A stretch of 64,000 bases of DNA from a virus, in IMG/VR virus record IMGVR_UViG_3300035698_018280, positions 1 to 64,000 of that record; one strand, 5' to 3'. The notes below the pieces were generated by a model, which saw nothing but the letters and a program-made list of their open reading frames with translations, did no database searches and was not told where the DNA came from. Shown piece after piece: positions 37,276-46,173 of this stretch (position 1 is its first letter; each line of letters opens with the position of its first letter). The translations under genes were made by a program, and so were the position numbers.

Positions 37276-37558
37276 CTCTCCCGAACAGCGTCGGCAACCT
37301 ATTGAAGTTAATCAGGTTATCATTTTCCGACATCGATTCTATCGCTTTCAAATACAACGATACAAGAATCGAATCATCTACATCTTTGTCTTCTACCTGC
37401 ATAAGTAATTCATTGGCCTCGGCAACCATGCTGATAGAATACTCGCCTTTTCCTTCGATTCGAAAACCAAACTCAAAATAGAGTTTCAAGAAGTTTCTCA
37501 TTAGTTCTCTAGATACTTTTCTTAGATGGTCATCATAAAAAGGATTGATTTTATCCAT
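37241..37558 (-). CDS. Hypothetical protein
   Basis: 105-aa ORF in the packed gene array. Confidence 0.6.
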   Translation of the reverse strand: MDKINPFYDDHLRKVSRELMRNFLKLYFEFGFRIEGKGEYSISMVAEANELLMQVEDKDVDDSILVSLYLKAIESMSENDNLINFNRLPTLFGRDDMGIPYGDKL

Positions 37559-37562
37559 AGCT

Positions 37563-37862
37563 TCAGTGTATCCTGCTACCTAGCGCCTGAACTGGAACAC
37601 TAATGATGTCAAGTCCATCTTTCTTACATCTGTCAACAATCTCGATATAGAGTTCCCAAAGCTCATCCCATTCACATTCGCTATCCAACGAAGCATCTAA
37701 TGCCATTACAAGTCTGGTAATATCAGAATCAAATTGATATTTAGTCAAATGGAAAAATTTCATAACAGCCATAAGGTGTTGCAGTCCTGCAAACATAACA
37801 TGAGCCTGAATTTTATTTTCCTCTCCAAGTTCTTCAAGTAAATGTTTCAAAGTTTTTGACAT
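37563..37862 (-). CDS. Hypothetical protein
   Basis: 99-aa ORF in the packed gene array. Confidence 0.6.
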   Translation of the reverse strand: MSKTLKHLLEELGEENKIQAHVMFAGLQHLMAVMKFFHLTKYQFDSDITRLVMALDASLDSECEWDELWELYIEIVDRCKKDGLDIISVPVQALGSRIH

Positions 37863-37871
37863 AGTTATTCT

Positions 37872-39809
37872 CTAAGCTCTTATTCGCTTTACTTTATCAA
37901 GCACATTTGCTTCCTTAAGAAAACGACTTGGCTTAACAGGGACGTTGTATACGCCCTTATTGCGATTTCTCTTAGTCCTTGTAGTCGGAAAAGTTAATAT
38001 CAAACGTTCTTTTGCTCTTGTCATTCCGACATATGCCAAACGTCTTTCTTCATCTGGTTGCCCATCATTTTCTTGGAGAGACATAGCATGAGGCAAGGTT
38101 CCTTCGTCCATACATGGCATAAAAACAACAGGAAATTCTAGTCCCTTTGATGAATGTATTGTCATGAGAGAGACAGCATCTTCAACAGCGTCTTTATCCA
38201 AACTTGATTGCAAAGAAATTTTATTGATGTATCCGGCTAAATCTCCGCCATTGCTACTAAAGTTAGATGCTGATACGAAAAGTTCTTGCAAATTCTCTGA
38301 TCTATTTTTCATAGAATCTTCGTCATTATCTTCCAGATATTTAACATATTCAAGAGATGTAATGAATTCCTCCATAATATCACCTATCTGAAATCCGCTA
38401 AAGTCTTTAGAGAACAAGTCGGCCATCATCTTGAGGCTTTTGTGTATCAAAAGGCTGTTGGCACCCTTGATATATTCGTCGCCTCTTTTCATAGCCTCAA
38501 GCATATTTAGTTTATTTTGAGAAGCAAACTTTTCAATCTTACCAAGCGTTCCCTGTCCGATTTTACGACTAGGCTTGTTGATGAATCTAGCAAGTGCAAT
38601 GCCGTCCTTTGGATTGTTATAGAATCTAAGCATTGCCAAGCAATCCTTAATTTCCATACGATCAAAGAAACTAAAGGCCCCAAAAACCTGATAGTTAACT
38701 CCGCTAGCCATAAGACCGGCCTCGATAGCGCGAGACATAGCATTCGTTCGATACAAGATAGCGCAATCATGCAGCTTGTAGCCTTCTTTCATCGCCATCC
38801 GCTTTACTGCCTTGCCAAGCCATCGACCTTCTTCGTCAGGAGAATCGAAGCAGAAGCTATCAATAGCCTTGCCCTCATCATTGACTGTATCAAAGTCAAC
38901 ATTCTCTCTATTGCTATTAAAACCTATCAATCGACCGGCAGTCTTTACAATTGTTTTTGTTGAGCGATAATTAATAGGCAAACGAATAACCTCTGCTTCA
39001 AAATTAGTAATGAAGTCCTGAATGTTTTCAAAACGAGCGCCTCGCCAGCCATAGATCGATTGATCTGGATCTCCGACCATAAAGACATTACCAGATTCGC
39101 CAAGTTTTTCGACAAGTCTAAACTGAGCCAAGTTTGTATCTTGAGCTTCATCTACCTGGAGAATATCAAAACGCTCCTGCAGTTTGCATAGAATTTCTCT
39201 ATCTTTCTCAAACAATTTTATGGTTTCAGAAAGAAGACCGCTAAAATCAACACGATTTGTTCTTTGCAGGCATGAAATATATTCGCGAGCGATGGCTGTA
39301 TGAGATGGAATATCAAAGTAATCTTCAAATTCGCTTGACTCTGGATCTGCAAGCTTTTCTCTTGCATCGCTAGTTGCCCATAGAATTTTGCGAACCTCAT
39401 ACGCTCCAAGTTCATGTTCAAGCTGTCGAGCGCATTGAGCCATAAGAGACTCCTGGTCGTCAGAAGCAAGAATAGTCATATTCTTGTCGTACCCAAGATA
39501 TGCACCGAATTTGCGTAGAATTTTCGCGCACAACGTATGGAAAGTGCTGATATGAACTTTTTTCGCATCCTCTCCAATTAACGAAACAAGACGGTTCTGC
39601 ATTTCATTAGCAGCCTTGTTGGTGAAAGTTATACAAAGAATGTTCTTGGGTTCAAAGTTTTGTTCTATTAATCGAGCGCATCGCTCGACAATAACTCTGG
39701 TTTTACCTGATCCAGGGCACGCAGAAACAAAACACGCTCCCCAAACATGATTGACAGCTTTGCGTTGTTCGTCATTAAGATTTACTTTTGTTCTTGTCAT
39801 TGCAGCCAT
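37872..39809 (-). CDS. uvrD: UvrD/PcrA superfamily 1 DNA helicase
   Basis: ACPGSGKT, ITFTNKAA, VDEAQDTN, VGDPDQSIYGWRGA, NYRST, MTIHSSKGLEF and EERRLAYVGMTRAK motifs. Confidence 0.95.
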   Translation of the reverse strand: MAAMTRTKVNLNDEQRKAVNHVWGACFVSACPGSGKTRVIVERCARLIEQNFEPKNILCITFTNKAANEMQNRLVSLIGEDAKKVHISTFHTLCAKILRKFGAYLGYDKNMTILASDDQESLMAQCARQLEHELGAYEVRKILWATSDAREKLADPESSEFEDYFDIPSHTAIAREYISCLQRTNRVDFSGLLSETIKLFEKDREILCKLQERFDILQVDEAQDTNLAQFRLVEKLGESGNVFMVGDPDQSIYGWRGARFENIQDFITNFEAEVIRLPINYRSTKTIVKTAGRLIGFNSNRENVDFDTVNDEGKAIDSFCFDSPDEEGRWLGKAVKRMAMKEGYKLHDCAILYRTNAMSRAIEAGLMASGVNYQVFGAFSFFDRMEIKDCLAMLRFYNNPKDGIALARFINKPSRKIGQGTLGKIEKFASQNKLNMLEAMKRGDEYIKGANSLLIHKSLKMMADLFSKDFSGFQIGDIMEEFITSLEYVKYLEDNDEDSMKNRSENLQELFVSASNFSSNGGDLAGYINKISLQSSLDKDAVEDAVSLMTIHSSKGLEFPVVFMPCMDEGTLPHAMSLQENDGQPDEERRLAYVGMTRAKERLILTFPTTRTKRNRNKGVYNVPVKPSRFLKEANVLDKVKRIRA

Positions 39810-40209
39810 TACATCCCTTATTAGCTTTCTTCGGCAATTTTGGTCCCATTGGACGCCTTCTTACACCTTGCATCATCTTGTGAGGAGGATCATTTAACGC
39901 TTCCTTAGCTTCTATGATTTCCTGCATAATTACTAACGGAGAAGTGAAACCTATTCTATTATAAAACACTTTGTCTTCTTCCTCATAAGCCTGTATGTGA
40001 GGAAGCTCATCAACGCCATGCTTATCGCAAAGTTTTTGCGTTTCATCAGCCATTGCATCAATCCATTTATAACTAATCGAATGCATATCGAAAGCTCTTT
40101 TGAGCTTATCGCATTTTTCGCAATCATCCGATCCGAATAATCTAATTATAATTATATTATTCTTCAATGCTCTGTATTTCTTTGGCCGCACTGAGTACAT
40201 CACTTGCAA
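39775..40209 (-). CDS. Glutaredoxin/thioredoxin-fold protein
   Basis: FGSDDCEKCDKL (CxxC) and GVDELP motifs. The true start is probably downstream of the called one. Confidence 0.6.
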   Translation of the reverse strand: MQVMYSVRPKKYRALKNNIIIIRLFGSDDCEKCDKLKRAFDMHSISYKWIDAMADETQKLCDKHGVDELPHIQAYEEEDKVFYNRIGFTSPLVIMQEIIEAKEALNDPPHKMMQGVRRRPMGPKLPKKANKGCNGCNDKNKSKS

Positions 40210-40528
40210 AGAGATCAGCCTGCTTTTTGCAATCTTCGATTTCTGCTTCTACTTCTTTTTTCTTTTCAAGATCAATCTCTGGCTCAACCTTGGTAACTTC
40301 GCCTTCAACCTTGAACATAATTTCTTTACCGACCATCGCGGTGCAGTGTTCATGAAGATGAATAGGATCGACTTTATTCGGATCGATACCTACGCTATTG
40401 AGGTAGTCAACGCTTGGCCAACAGTAGGACTGTTCTTTTTCTGTATCTAGATCAAAAATAACGAAGACAATAAGGTCATTCTTTTCCTGATACTTCGCTC
40501 CCAATATCTTTGCTCTCATTTGGTTCAC
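40157..40528 (-). CDS. Hypothetical protein
   Basis: 123-aa ORF containing QADLF near the C-terminus. Confidence 0.6.
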   Translation of the reverse strand: MNQMRAKILGAKYQEKNDLIVFVIFDLDTEKEQSYCWPSVDYLNSVGIDPNKVDPIHLHEHCTAMVGKEIMFKVEGEVTKVEPEIDLEKKKEVEAEIEDCKKQADLFASDVLSAAKEIQSIEE

Positions 40529-41240
40529 CCTGAAACTTTCTCAAGCCTTCTATAGACTGTTTAATGATAGATTGCTTTTGTTTTTTATTACCATGCTCTC
40601 GCATTTCGCTTATAGCTTCCATGCCCTCGTCTCCTATGAGATGAATAAGAACATGCTCGTAATAATGTCTGTAAGAACCGCCAAAACCGTCATGAATATC
40701 TTCATCTTTAATTCCTAGACTCTTCTCGGAATTTCGAATAAGACTCCATACGCTATCTAGATTCTTCTTAGTAAATTTTTTGTCGCCAACTGTCGAAACT
40801 AAACCGCATTGATCTTTTGTATTTGGATAGATAACTTTTAGTCTTTCATAGCGAGGCTTCCATTCCTCTTCCGGAGTTATACCATAGATACGACAATTGA
40901 ATGGACGAGTTTCATGTTGTCCGCAAAGTTTGGTTTCAGAATCCCAAAAAACACATCCCTGTCGATGTTCTTCAAAAAGATATGCATTAAAACATGCTTC
41001 TACTAATTCAACAACATCCTCATCAGACCAGTTATTTTTGATGAAATCCCATGTATTGCGAAATTCAACATAAAGAACTTGGGGATTCTGAGACTGGCAA
41101 CACCAGGCACCGCACCCGCCTTCCGAAGGAGCTAGTTTTAAGTTTTTTATACAACCTTCAGTTTCAGGTATTTTAGAATAAATATACTCTAAAACCTTAC
41201 GAGAATCTTCAAGTCGAGTTGGCTTTTTGATTTTAGACAT
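40476..41240 (-). CDS. YkgJ-family (CxxCxxCC) Fe-S/Zn cysteine-cluster protein
   Basis: GC...CGAWCC and CVFWD...LCGQHETRPFNCRIYG motifs. Confidence 0.85.
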   Translation of the reverse strand: MSKIKKPTRLEDSRKVLEYIYSKIPETEGCIKNLKLAPSEGGCGAWCCQSQNPQVLYVEFRNTWDFIKNNWSDEDVVELVEACFNAYLFEEHRQGCVFWDSETKLCGQHETRPFNCRIYGITPEEEWKPRYERLKVIYPNTKDQCGLVSTVGDKKFTKKNLDSVWSLIRNSEKSLGIKDEDIHDGFGGSYRHYYEHVLIHLIGDEGMEAISEMREHGNKKQKQSIIKQSIEGLRKFQGEPNESKDIGSEVSGKE

Positions 41241-41249
41241 AAATATTGA

Positions 41250-41900
41250 TCAAACTTCTATAGCGTCATACGAATTTGAATCAACTCCCGCCTGGGGCTG
41301 AGGTTGGGACTGAGATGCCTTCTGCCATCTCTCCTGATCCCTCTTCGCTTCGGCTTCCTTCGAGCGGCCAGAGGCATTGTCATGGAACGAGACAACAAGA
41401 GAAGTACTATCTTTGTCTTTTTTTGCAACATCTTCAGAAATATTGTTATTATCTTCAAGTTCACCAAGAAGCTTAGTTAGTTTTCTCTTATCATACTTCC
41501 AGGATTTTTCAGCCACATCATTGATAACATTCAAAGATTCAAGATGCTCATCAAGCATTTCTTGATCAACAATTTCCCAAGCGCCCTTTTTATTGCGCTG
41601 AGACAATTTTGCTACTTCTGGAAAATCAAGCTTAGTAGTCTTGTTACTCTCCATGCAACCAAGAATAGCCTTCTTGAGAATATCAACATGCTCATTTGCT
41701 TGCTTCATACGACGATCAAGAGGTTCAACACGCCGTTTCTTGAGTCGTTTAAAGAATTCTACCTCTCGCTCAAGTCTATTGACTTCAAGAAGGGCATCTT
41801 CAATTTCTATTTCATCAGTAATTTCTGCTTCGCCTCGCAAAACTTTGCTAATCTTGTCAGGTTCAGCGAATAAAATTTCATCCATCATATCGTTGTTCAT
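41250..41900 (-). CDS. Mu Gam-like / Gp157-like DNA end-protection protein
   Basis: Long N-terminal coiled coil, then KTTKLDFPEVAKLSQRNKK and YDKRKL, matching the layout of the Gam/Gp157 families. Confidence 0.55.
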   Translation of the reverse strand: MNNDMMDEILFAEPDKISKVLRGEAEITDEIEIEDALLEVNRLEREVEFFKRLKKRRVEPLDRRMKQANEHVDILKKAILGCMESNKTTKLDFPEVAKLSQRNKKGAWEIVDQEMLDEHLESLNVINDVAEKSWKYDKRKLTKLLGELEDNNNISEDVAKKDKDSTSLVVSFHDNASGRSKEAEAKRDQERWQKASQSQPQPQAGVDSNSYDAIEV

Positions 41901-41913
41901 CTAAATCTCCATT

Positions 41914-42252
41914 TCAGTTTCGGTTTCGATCTTCAATTTTCAGCATTATTGCCGTCTTGATAGCTCCATCGAAATTTGCGCTATCAAAACTCATCTCTGC
42001 CACTAAGTCCAATCCCTTTTTAACGCCTTCGCCTCTTGCAACGATAGATGATTTCACAGCGTTACTAAGAGAAGATGCACCGACCGTTCTAAGTTTGGCG
42101 TGCCCGTGTTTTCCAATGACCGTCAAAATAGCAGAAGAAACACGTTTAATATAATCTTTTCGCTGGCGATCTCGTTCTTCATCATTCTCTGCATCGAAGG
42201 AACCTTCGCCCTTAATTTTTAGAATTGTGGGGTCATCTTCATGATTGGACAT
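41914..42252 (-). CDS. spoVS: SpoVS-like (Alba-fold) protein
   Basis: ILKIK...VSSAI...AKLRTVGASSLSNAVKSSIVARG...GLDL...F...DGAIKTAIMLKIE matches the SpoVS pattern IGAGALNQAVKAVAIARG...ERTAIKLIVE. Confidence 0.8.
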   Translation of the reverse strand: MSNHEDDPTILKIKGEGSFDAENDEERDRQRKDYIKRVSSAILTVIGKHGHAKLRTVGASSLSNAVKSSIVARGEGVKKGLDLVAEMSFDSANFDGAIKTAIMLKIEDRNRN

Positions 42253-42278
42253 CTTCTTCTCCTTGGATCAACTTGGTC

Positions 42279-43292
42279 CTAGGAGAATTCTCCATAGAAC
42301 TGCTGACGTTTATCATCTAGTGACGGGTCTTTCCATATTCCCGCTGAGTGACATATCGACTGAAACTCACAATATCTGCACTCGTAGTTATCCTTGGTCT
42401 TTGGTCTTGGCGGCGGTAAAAGATTATCATCGCACATTTGTCCCATAGTTATAGCTTGCTCCCTAATCTTGTCCCACAATTTATCATCTCGATAAACAGG
42501 AAGAAGTTTAGTAGAACTATCATCCTTATTTTCAAAATACAAAATACCATATTCAAGATCAAGTAAATGAATATAGATTGTAACCTGTACCTTGTATCCG
42601 AATGGAGGGCCATTCTCTAACTTGCTTTTATAACCAAACGAATTGATACTTTTCATATCAACCAGAATAGGTTTCTTCGGTAGATCCTCATCTTTGAAAA
42701 GGACTCTTACGCCATTGCCTTCTCTGTACTGATCGCCGCCATTGAATCCGGAGAAATCAAGAATCTGGTCAACATGTCCCCGAAAGTTCATCTCTTTATC
42801 TTGAACAGTAATTTCATGGTAAACAAATTCTTTATGGCCGCAGTTACATTTATCTGGCTTGAAGCAACCAAGCTTATTTTCGTAGCCATAACGACGAGGT
42901 TTAGTCGGATGATCTTTAGGGGGACTGCCTCCCTGAGGAATGCTAAAGATACTGGTGCCGTCATCAAGAGTGTTATGACAGCGGACATTGCCGCATTCCC
43001 AGATACCTCGGAGTACGCCAATGTCTTCCCAATATTTTGCCCATCGATCATGCATCGAATGACCAGTATCAAAAATACGAATAGTCTTACCTTCAAACTT
43101 CTGAGGTATCGCTTTGATTTTTCCGTTATCAACATATCTTTGATATTGCATTCGTCGCAAGCAATTACCAAAAGCTGACGGGTGATAAACCTCATAACCT
43201 CTCGGGGGACCGTTGATACCTTTCCATCTAAGATAGGTATTCAACAAATTTGAGATAGACTTTATTTCAGGCGGTTGTTTGTGGAATTGCAT
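42279..43292 (-). CDS. Solo Cas4-like PD-(D/E)XK exonuclease with Fe-S cysteines
   Basis: HPSAFGNC, DTGHSMH, GHVD, VDMKS, QVTIY and ECRYCEFQSIC motifs. Confidence 0.85.
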   Translation of the reverse strand: MQFHKQPPEIKSISNLLNTYLRWKGINGPPRGYEVYHPSAFGNCLRRMQYQRYVDNGKIKAIPQKFEGKTIRIFDTGHSMHDRWAKYWEDIGVLRGIWECGNVRCHNTLDDGTSIFSIPQGGSPPKDHPTKPRRYGYENKLGCFKPDKCNCGHKEFVYHEITVQDKEMNFRGHVDQILDFSGFNGGDQYREGNGVRVLFKDEDLPKKPILVDMKSINSFGYKSKLENGPPFGYKVQVTIYIHLLDLEYGILYFENKDDSSTKLLPVYRDDKLWDKIREQAITMGQMCDDNLLPPPRPKTKDNYECRYCEFQSICHSAGIWKDPSLDDKRQQFYGEFS

Positions 43293-44049
43293 ATTCTAAT
43301 AACCTTCTGTCAATGTCCTCATAGGAGAACTGGTTTCTTTCTAGTTTGGCTTGCCGAAGTACGTTTCGCATTCCTTTTGCGCCGTGCTTCGATAAGAATC
43401 CGTCTGGATCTTCTTTCTTCTGATCGTTTCTGGGGAGTATAACAGGTATAACCGTCATACCAAATGTCTCCGCCATTTCCTGATTTTTGACCATAGTCAT
43501 ACTACGCGATAAAGTTTTAAGTCCAGATTCATCATAATCGAACAACAAAAATATTTCGCTGCAATATCGTCTTAGTATGCATGCGTGTTCTAGCGTAAAT
43601 GCGCTGCCCAAAACTCCTACGGTCATATCGAAACCGAAATCATGCATGCGAGCAGTATCAATTTGTCCTTCAACAATAATTGCCTTGCCGCTTTTACGAA
43701 TGGCTTCTTTAGCTATATTCAATCCATACATGTAGAATCGCTTATTGAATTCTTCATGCAAATGAGGAAATTGTTTTTGATCTGTTGTTCTAAATTTTCT
43801 ACTGGTAAGAACAACCAAATCATCATAAGGGTCAAACAAGGGCATGATGATCCTTTCAGACCACGCATGCCGAACTCTACTGGGAACATACCCAAAACGG
43901 AACTGCTTGAGTATCTTTTCCGATAAATGTCTCTTCTCGCGCAAGTATGACAGCGCTTCTACTACGTCTGCAGAATCATCTTTCCAGAGAGTTTTCTGGC
44001 CGCGATCACAAAAGTATTCGCGCTCATGTTCAGGAAGCTTTACGCTCAT
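43267..44049 (-). CDS. dnaG: DnaG primase catalytic core (Toprim) without a zinc-binding domain
   Basis: ALSYLREKR, FGY, RIIMPL, YMYGL, IIVEGQID, LGSAFT.EH and LLFDYDESG motifs; no N-terminal CHC2. Confidence 0.85.
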   Translation of the reverse strand: MSVKLPEHEREYFCDRGQKTLWKDDSADVVEALSYLREKRHLSEKILKQFRFGYVPSRVRHAWSERIIMPLFDPYDDLVVLTSRKFRTTDQKQFPHLHEEFNKRFYMYGLNIAKEAIRKSGKAIIVEGQIDTARMHDFGFDMTVGVLGSAFTLEHACILRRYCSEIFLLFDYDESGLKTLSRSMTMVKNQEMAETFGMTVIPVILPRNDQKKEDPDGFLSKHGAKGMRNVLRQAKLERNQFSYEDIDRRLLEYAIPQTTA

Positions 44050-45284
44050 ATTTCATTACTATCAACTGTTATTGCTGCAGGAGAATTCTTACGACTCAAT
44101 TTAGGCTTTGATTTTTCCTTATCAGATTCAGAAAATTCTTTACCCTTCTGAACATCATTAGATTTTTTGAACTTCATATGTTTTTCAAAGTTACTAACTT
44201 CTGGTGGGATAGGTATGCCTGCTTCTTTGGCAGCTTCAGAAATAGCTACAACAAGCTGAGATAAATTCTCTTGTTTTTCAACTTGCTTCATAAACTCTTT
44301 CTTGCCCTCGACCTTGATTCCGTTCCAGGAATAAATTCCTTTGCGAACAGTAATAGTTTTGGCTTTACGACCAGAGTCAAAAATGACTTCGCTAGCATCT
44401 GGGAAGTAATATTTGTAGTAGATAGGAATACGGACTCCCTGCTTATGAGGGCTAGAAAATCTGTTTTTCTCAATCCAAACATTAGATGTACCTGCAATAA
44501 GATTTTCATTTCCTTGTTCATCTTCAACATAATGAAGCGCATCTTTTGAAGACAGTTTGTTCATCTTCAAAATTACTGAACAAGCGTGTTTGATAGCATG
44601 TCCGCCAGTTGTTCCTTCTGGATTTCCAAACATCTGCCCAGGATTGACTCGAAGTTGATTGATAAAAATAACAAGAGTATTATTTGCCGCCGCATAGCCA
44701 GCAATTTTATGAAGTGTCTTACCTAATACACGAGCAAGAATTGCTACAGTATCTTTTTCGGCAGGATTCTCCATAACATATTTTGGTATAAGGTGAGCAA
44801 CAGAGTCAACAACAACGACTCCTGCGCCAGCCTGACAAGCCTTCATAATAGTATCAAGGATTCTCTCTGCATCAAATATCTTCTCTGGATCTTTTGCATC
44901 GAATAAGTTCTGCAGAGCAATGTTCTCTGGATCCATTCCATTGATCTTTGCAAGCTGAGGACTAAATGAGTTTTCGCAATCGATCCAAAAAACAGGACGA
45001 TCAATTTGTTGCGCATTACCGCAAACTCGATATGCAAGAGATGATTTTCCGCATCCTTCGCCCCCATAAAACATTACTAGCTTACCAGGAGGAAGGCCAT
45101 AAATTATTTCTTCATCATATTCAATTACTTCTCCGTGTTCATCTTCATACATTCCGCGAGAAATGTAAAAATCTAACTCGGCATGACCAGTAGGATTCAT
45201 AACAATCTTACTGTTGTCTATTTCCGTATCGTGACCAGCAAGCATTCGCAATGCTCCAAGTTTGCTGGGTAGTTTCTTCGCCAT
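44046..45284 (-). CDS. recA: RecA recombinase
   Basis: YGGEGCGKSSL, WIDCENS, VVVDSVAHLIP, IFINQLR, FGNPEGTTGGHAIKH and KNRFSSP motifs. Confidence 0.92.
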   Translation of the reverse strand: MAKKLPSKLGALRMLAGHDTEIDNSKIVMNPTGHAELDFYISRGMYEDEHGEVIEYDEEIIYGLPPGKLVMFYGGEGCGKSSLAYRVCGNAQQIDRPVFWIDCENSFSPQLAKINGMDPENIALQNLFDAKDPEKIFDAERILDTIMKACQAGAGVVVVDSVAHLIPKYVMENPAEKDTVAILARVLGKTLHKIAGYAAANNTLVIFINQLRVNPGQMFGNPEGTTGGHAIKHACSVILKMNKLSSKDALHYVEDEQGNENLIAGTSNVWIEKNRFSSPHKQGVRIPIYYKYYFPDASEVIFDSGRKAKTITVRKGIYSWNGIKVEGKKEFMKQVEKQENLSQLVVAISEAAKEAGIPIPPEVSNFEKHMKFKKSNDVQKGKEFSESDKEKSKPKLSRKNSPAAITVDSNEI

Positions 45285-45314
45285 TAATTACTCCAATTCA
45301 TTATTTGTTCAGAT

Positions 45315-45343
45315 AGAAACACCGCAGCCGCGAACGGCTGCGG
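45315..45343 (-). terminator. Intrinsic terminator / stable hairpin after the SSB gene
   Basis: Minus strand CCGCAGCCG-TTCG-CGGCTGCGG followed by TGTTTCT: a 9-bp perfect GC-rich stem with a UUCG loop. Confidence 0.75.
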
Positions 45344-45374
45344 CGGTCCAAGTGCCTTTATTTTACTTCAACTA

Positions 45375-46058
45375 TTAGAAGTTGAGATCGTCGTCATCGT
45401 CGTTAGACGAGCTTGATGCGCCCGCCGCAACAGTGGCCGACTGATCTCCGCTAGAGCCTCTGGAAAGGCCCAGCTTCTCTTCAATCTCATTCTGAGCAGT
45501 TGGTTCGAATAGTTTATTCAGATCGAATGCGCCATGCTCCTTGAGATACGCCTTCTCTGTATCAGAGAAAGGAGTCTGAAGCATAGGAATAACTTCGTAA
45601 CGAGTATTTCTCTTATCAGTTCCCTTGCAAGTAACATTGATGGTAAAATCAGCGCCCTTGCCCGAACCAGGATTGACATCGTTTGCCTTACCCCAGTCTC
45701 GAATAAATCGAGCTATGGTAGGAGCGACCTCAACGATCTTGAGGCGAGCCATTCCATTGTCATCAACATCGTTGCGATCGAGTACGTTGAAAGCGTAACG
45801 AATACGCTGATCATACTCTGGATCGCCATCTGCATTCTTGTGATTACGAAGAACGACGCAATCTCCGCCAGCATCGGTAATAGCAACTTGATACTTGCCA
45901 TCATCGCCCTGAACAAAATAACGTCTAACCTCTGCAGGTCGTCCTACTGGACGAAGCTTATAACTTTGATTTGCTTCAATTTTGAGGAATTTGCCGCCGC
46001 CGCCGCTTGATTCGCCTGCTGGACGTGGATCTACCTCGCCCCATTCTACTGTACCCAT
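45375..46058 (-). CDS. Phage single-stranded DNA-binding protein (T4 gp32-like)
   Basis: FLKI...KLRPVG, RYAFNVLDR, G.DFTI...TRYEV and acidic tail DDDDDLNF; next to recA with a strong AGGAG RBS. Confidence 0.7.
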   Translation of the reverse strand: MGTVEWGEVDPRPAGESSGGGGKFLKIEANQSYKLRPVGRPAEVRRYFVQGDDGKYQVAITDAGGDCVVLRNHKNADGDPEYDQRIRYAFNVLDRNDVDDNGMARLKIVEVAPTIARFIRDWGKANDVNPGSGKGADFTINVTCKGTDKRNTRYEVIPMLQTPFSDTEKAYLKEHGAFDLNKLFEPTAQNEIEEKLGLSRGSSGDQSATVAAGASSSSNDDDDDLNF

Positions 46059-46173
46059 AATGTGTCTCCTTTTGTTCTTATTTGACTAATTGGGTGTGGT
46101 TTTCTAACTTAGATTACATTTTCCCTGTGGTCTTATATGTGCTTTCTGTTCTCTAACACCTCCTGGTTACTGA

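Noticed and set aside
42279-43292. CRISPR-Cas system suggested by the Cas4-like gene
   Set aside because: No cas1, cas2 or effector genes and no repeat-spacer array are seen. Solo Cas4-like nucleases are common in phage recombination modules.
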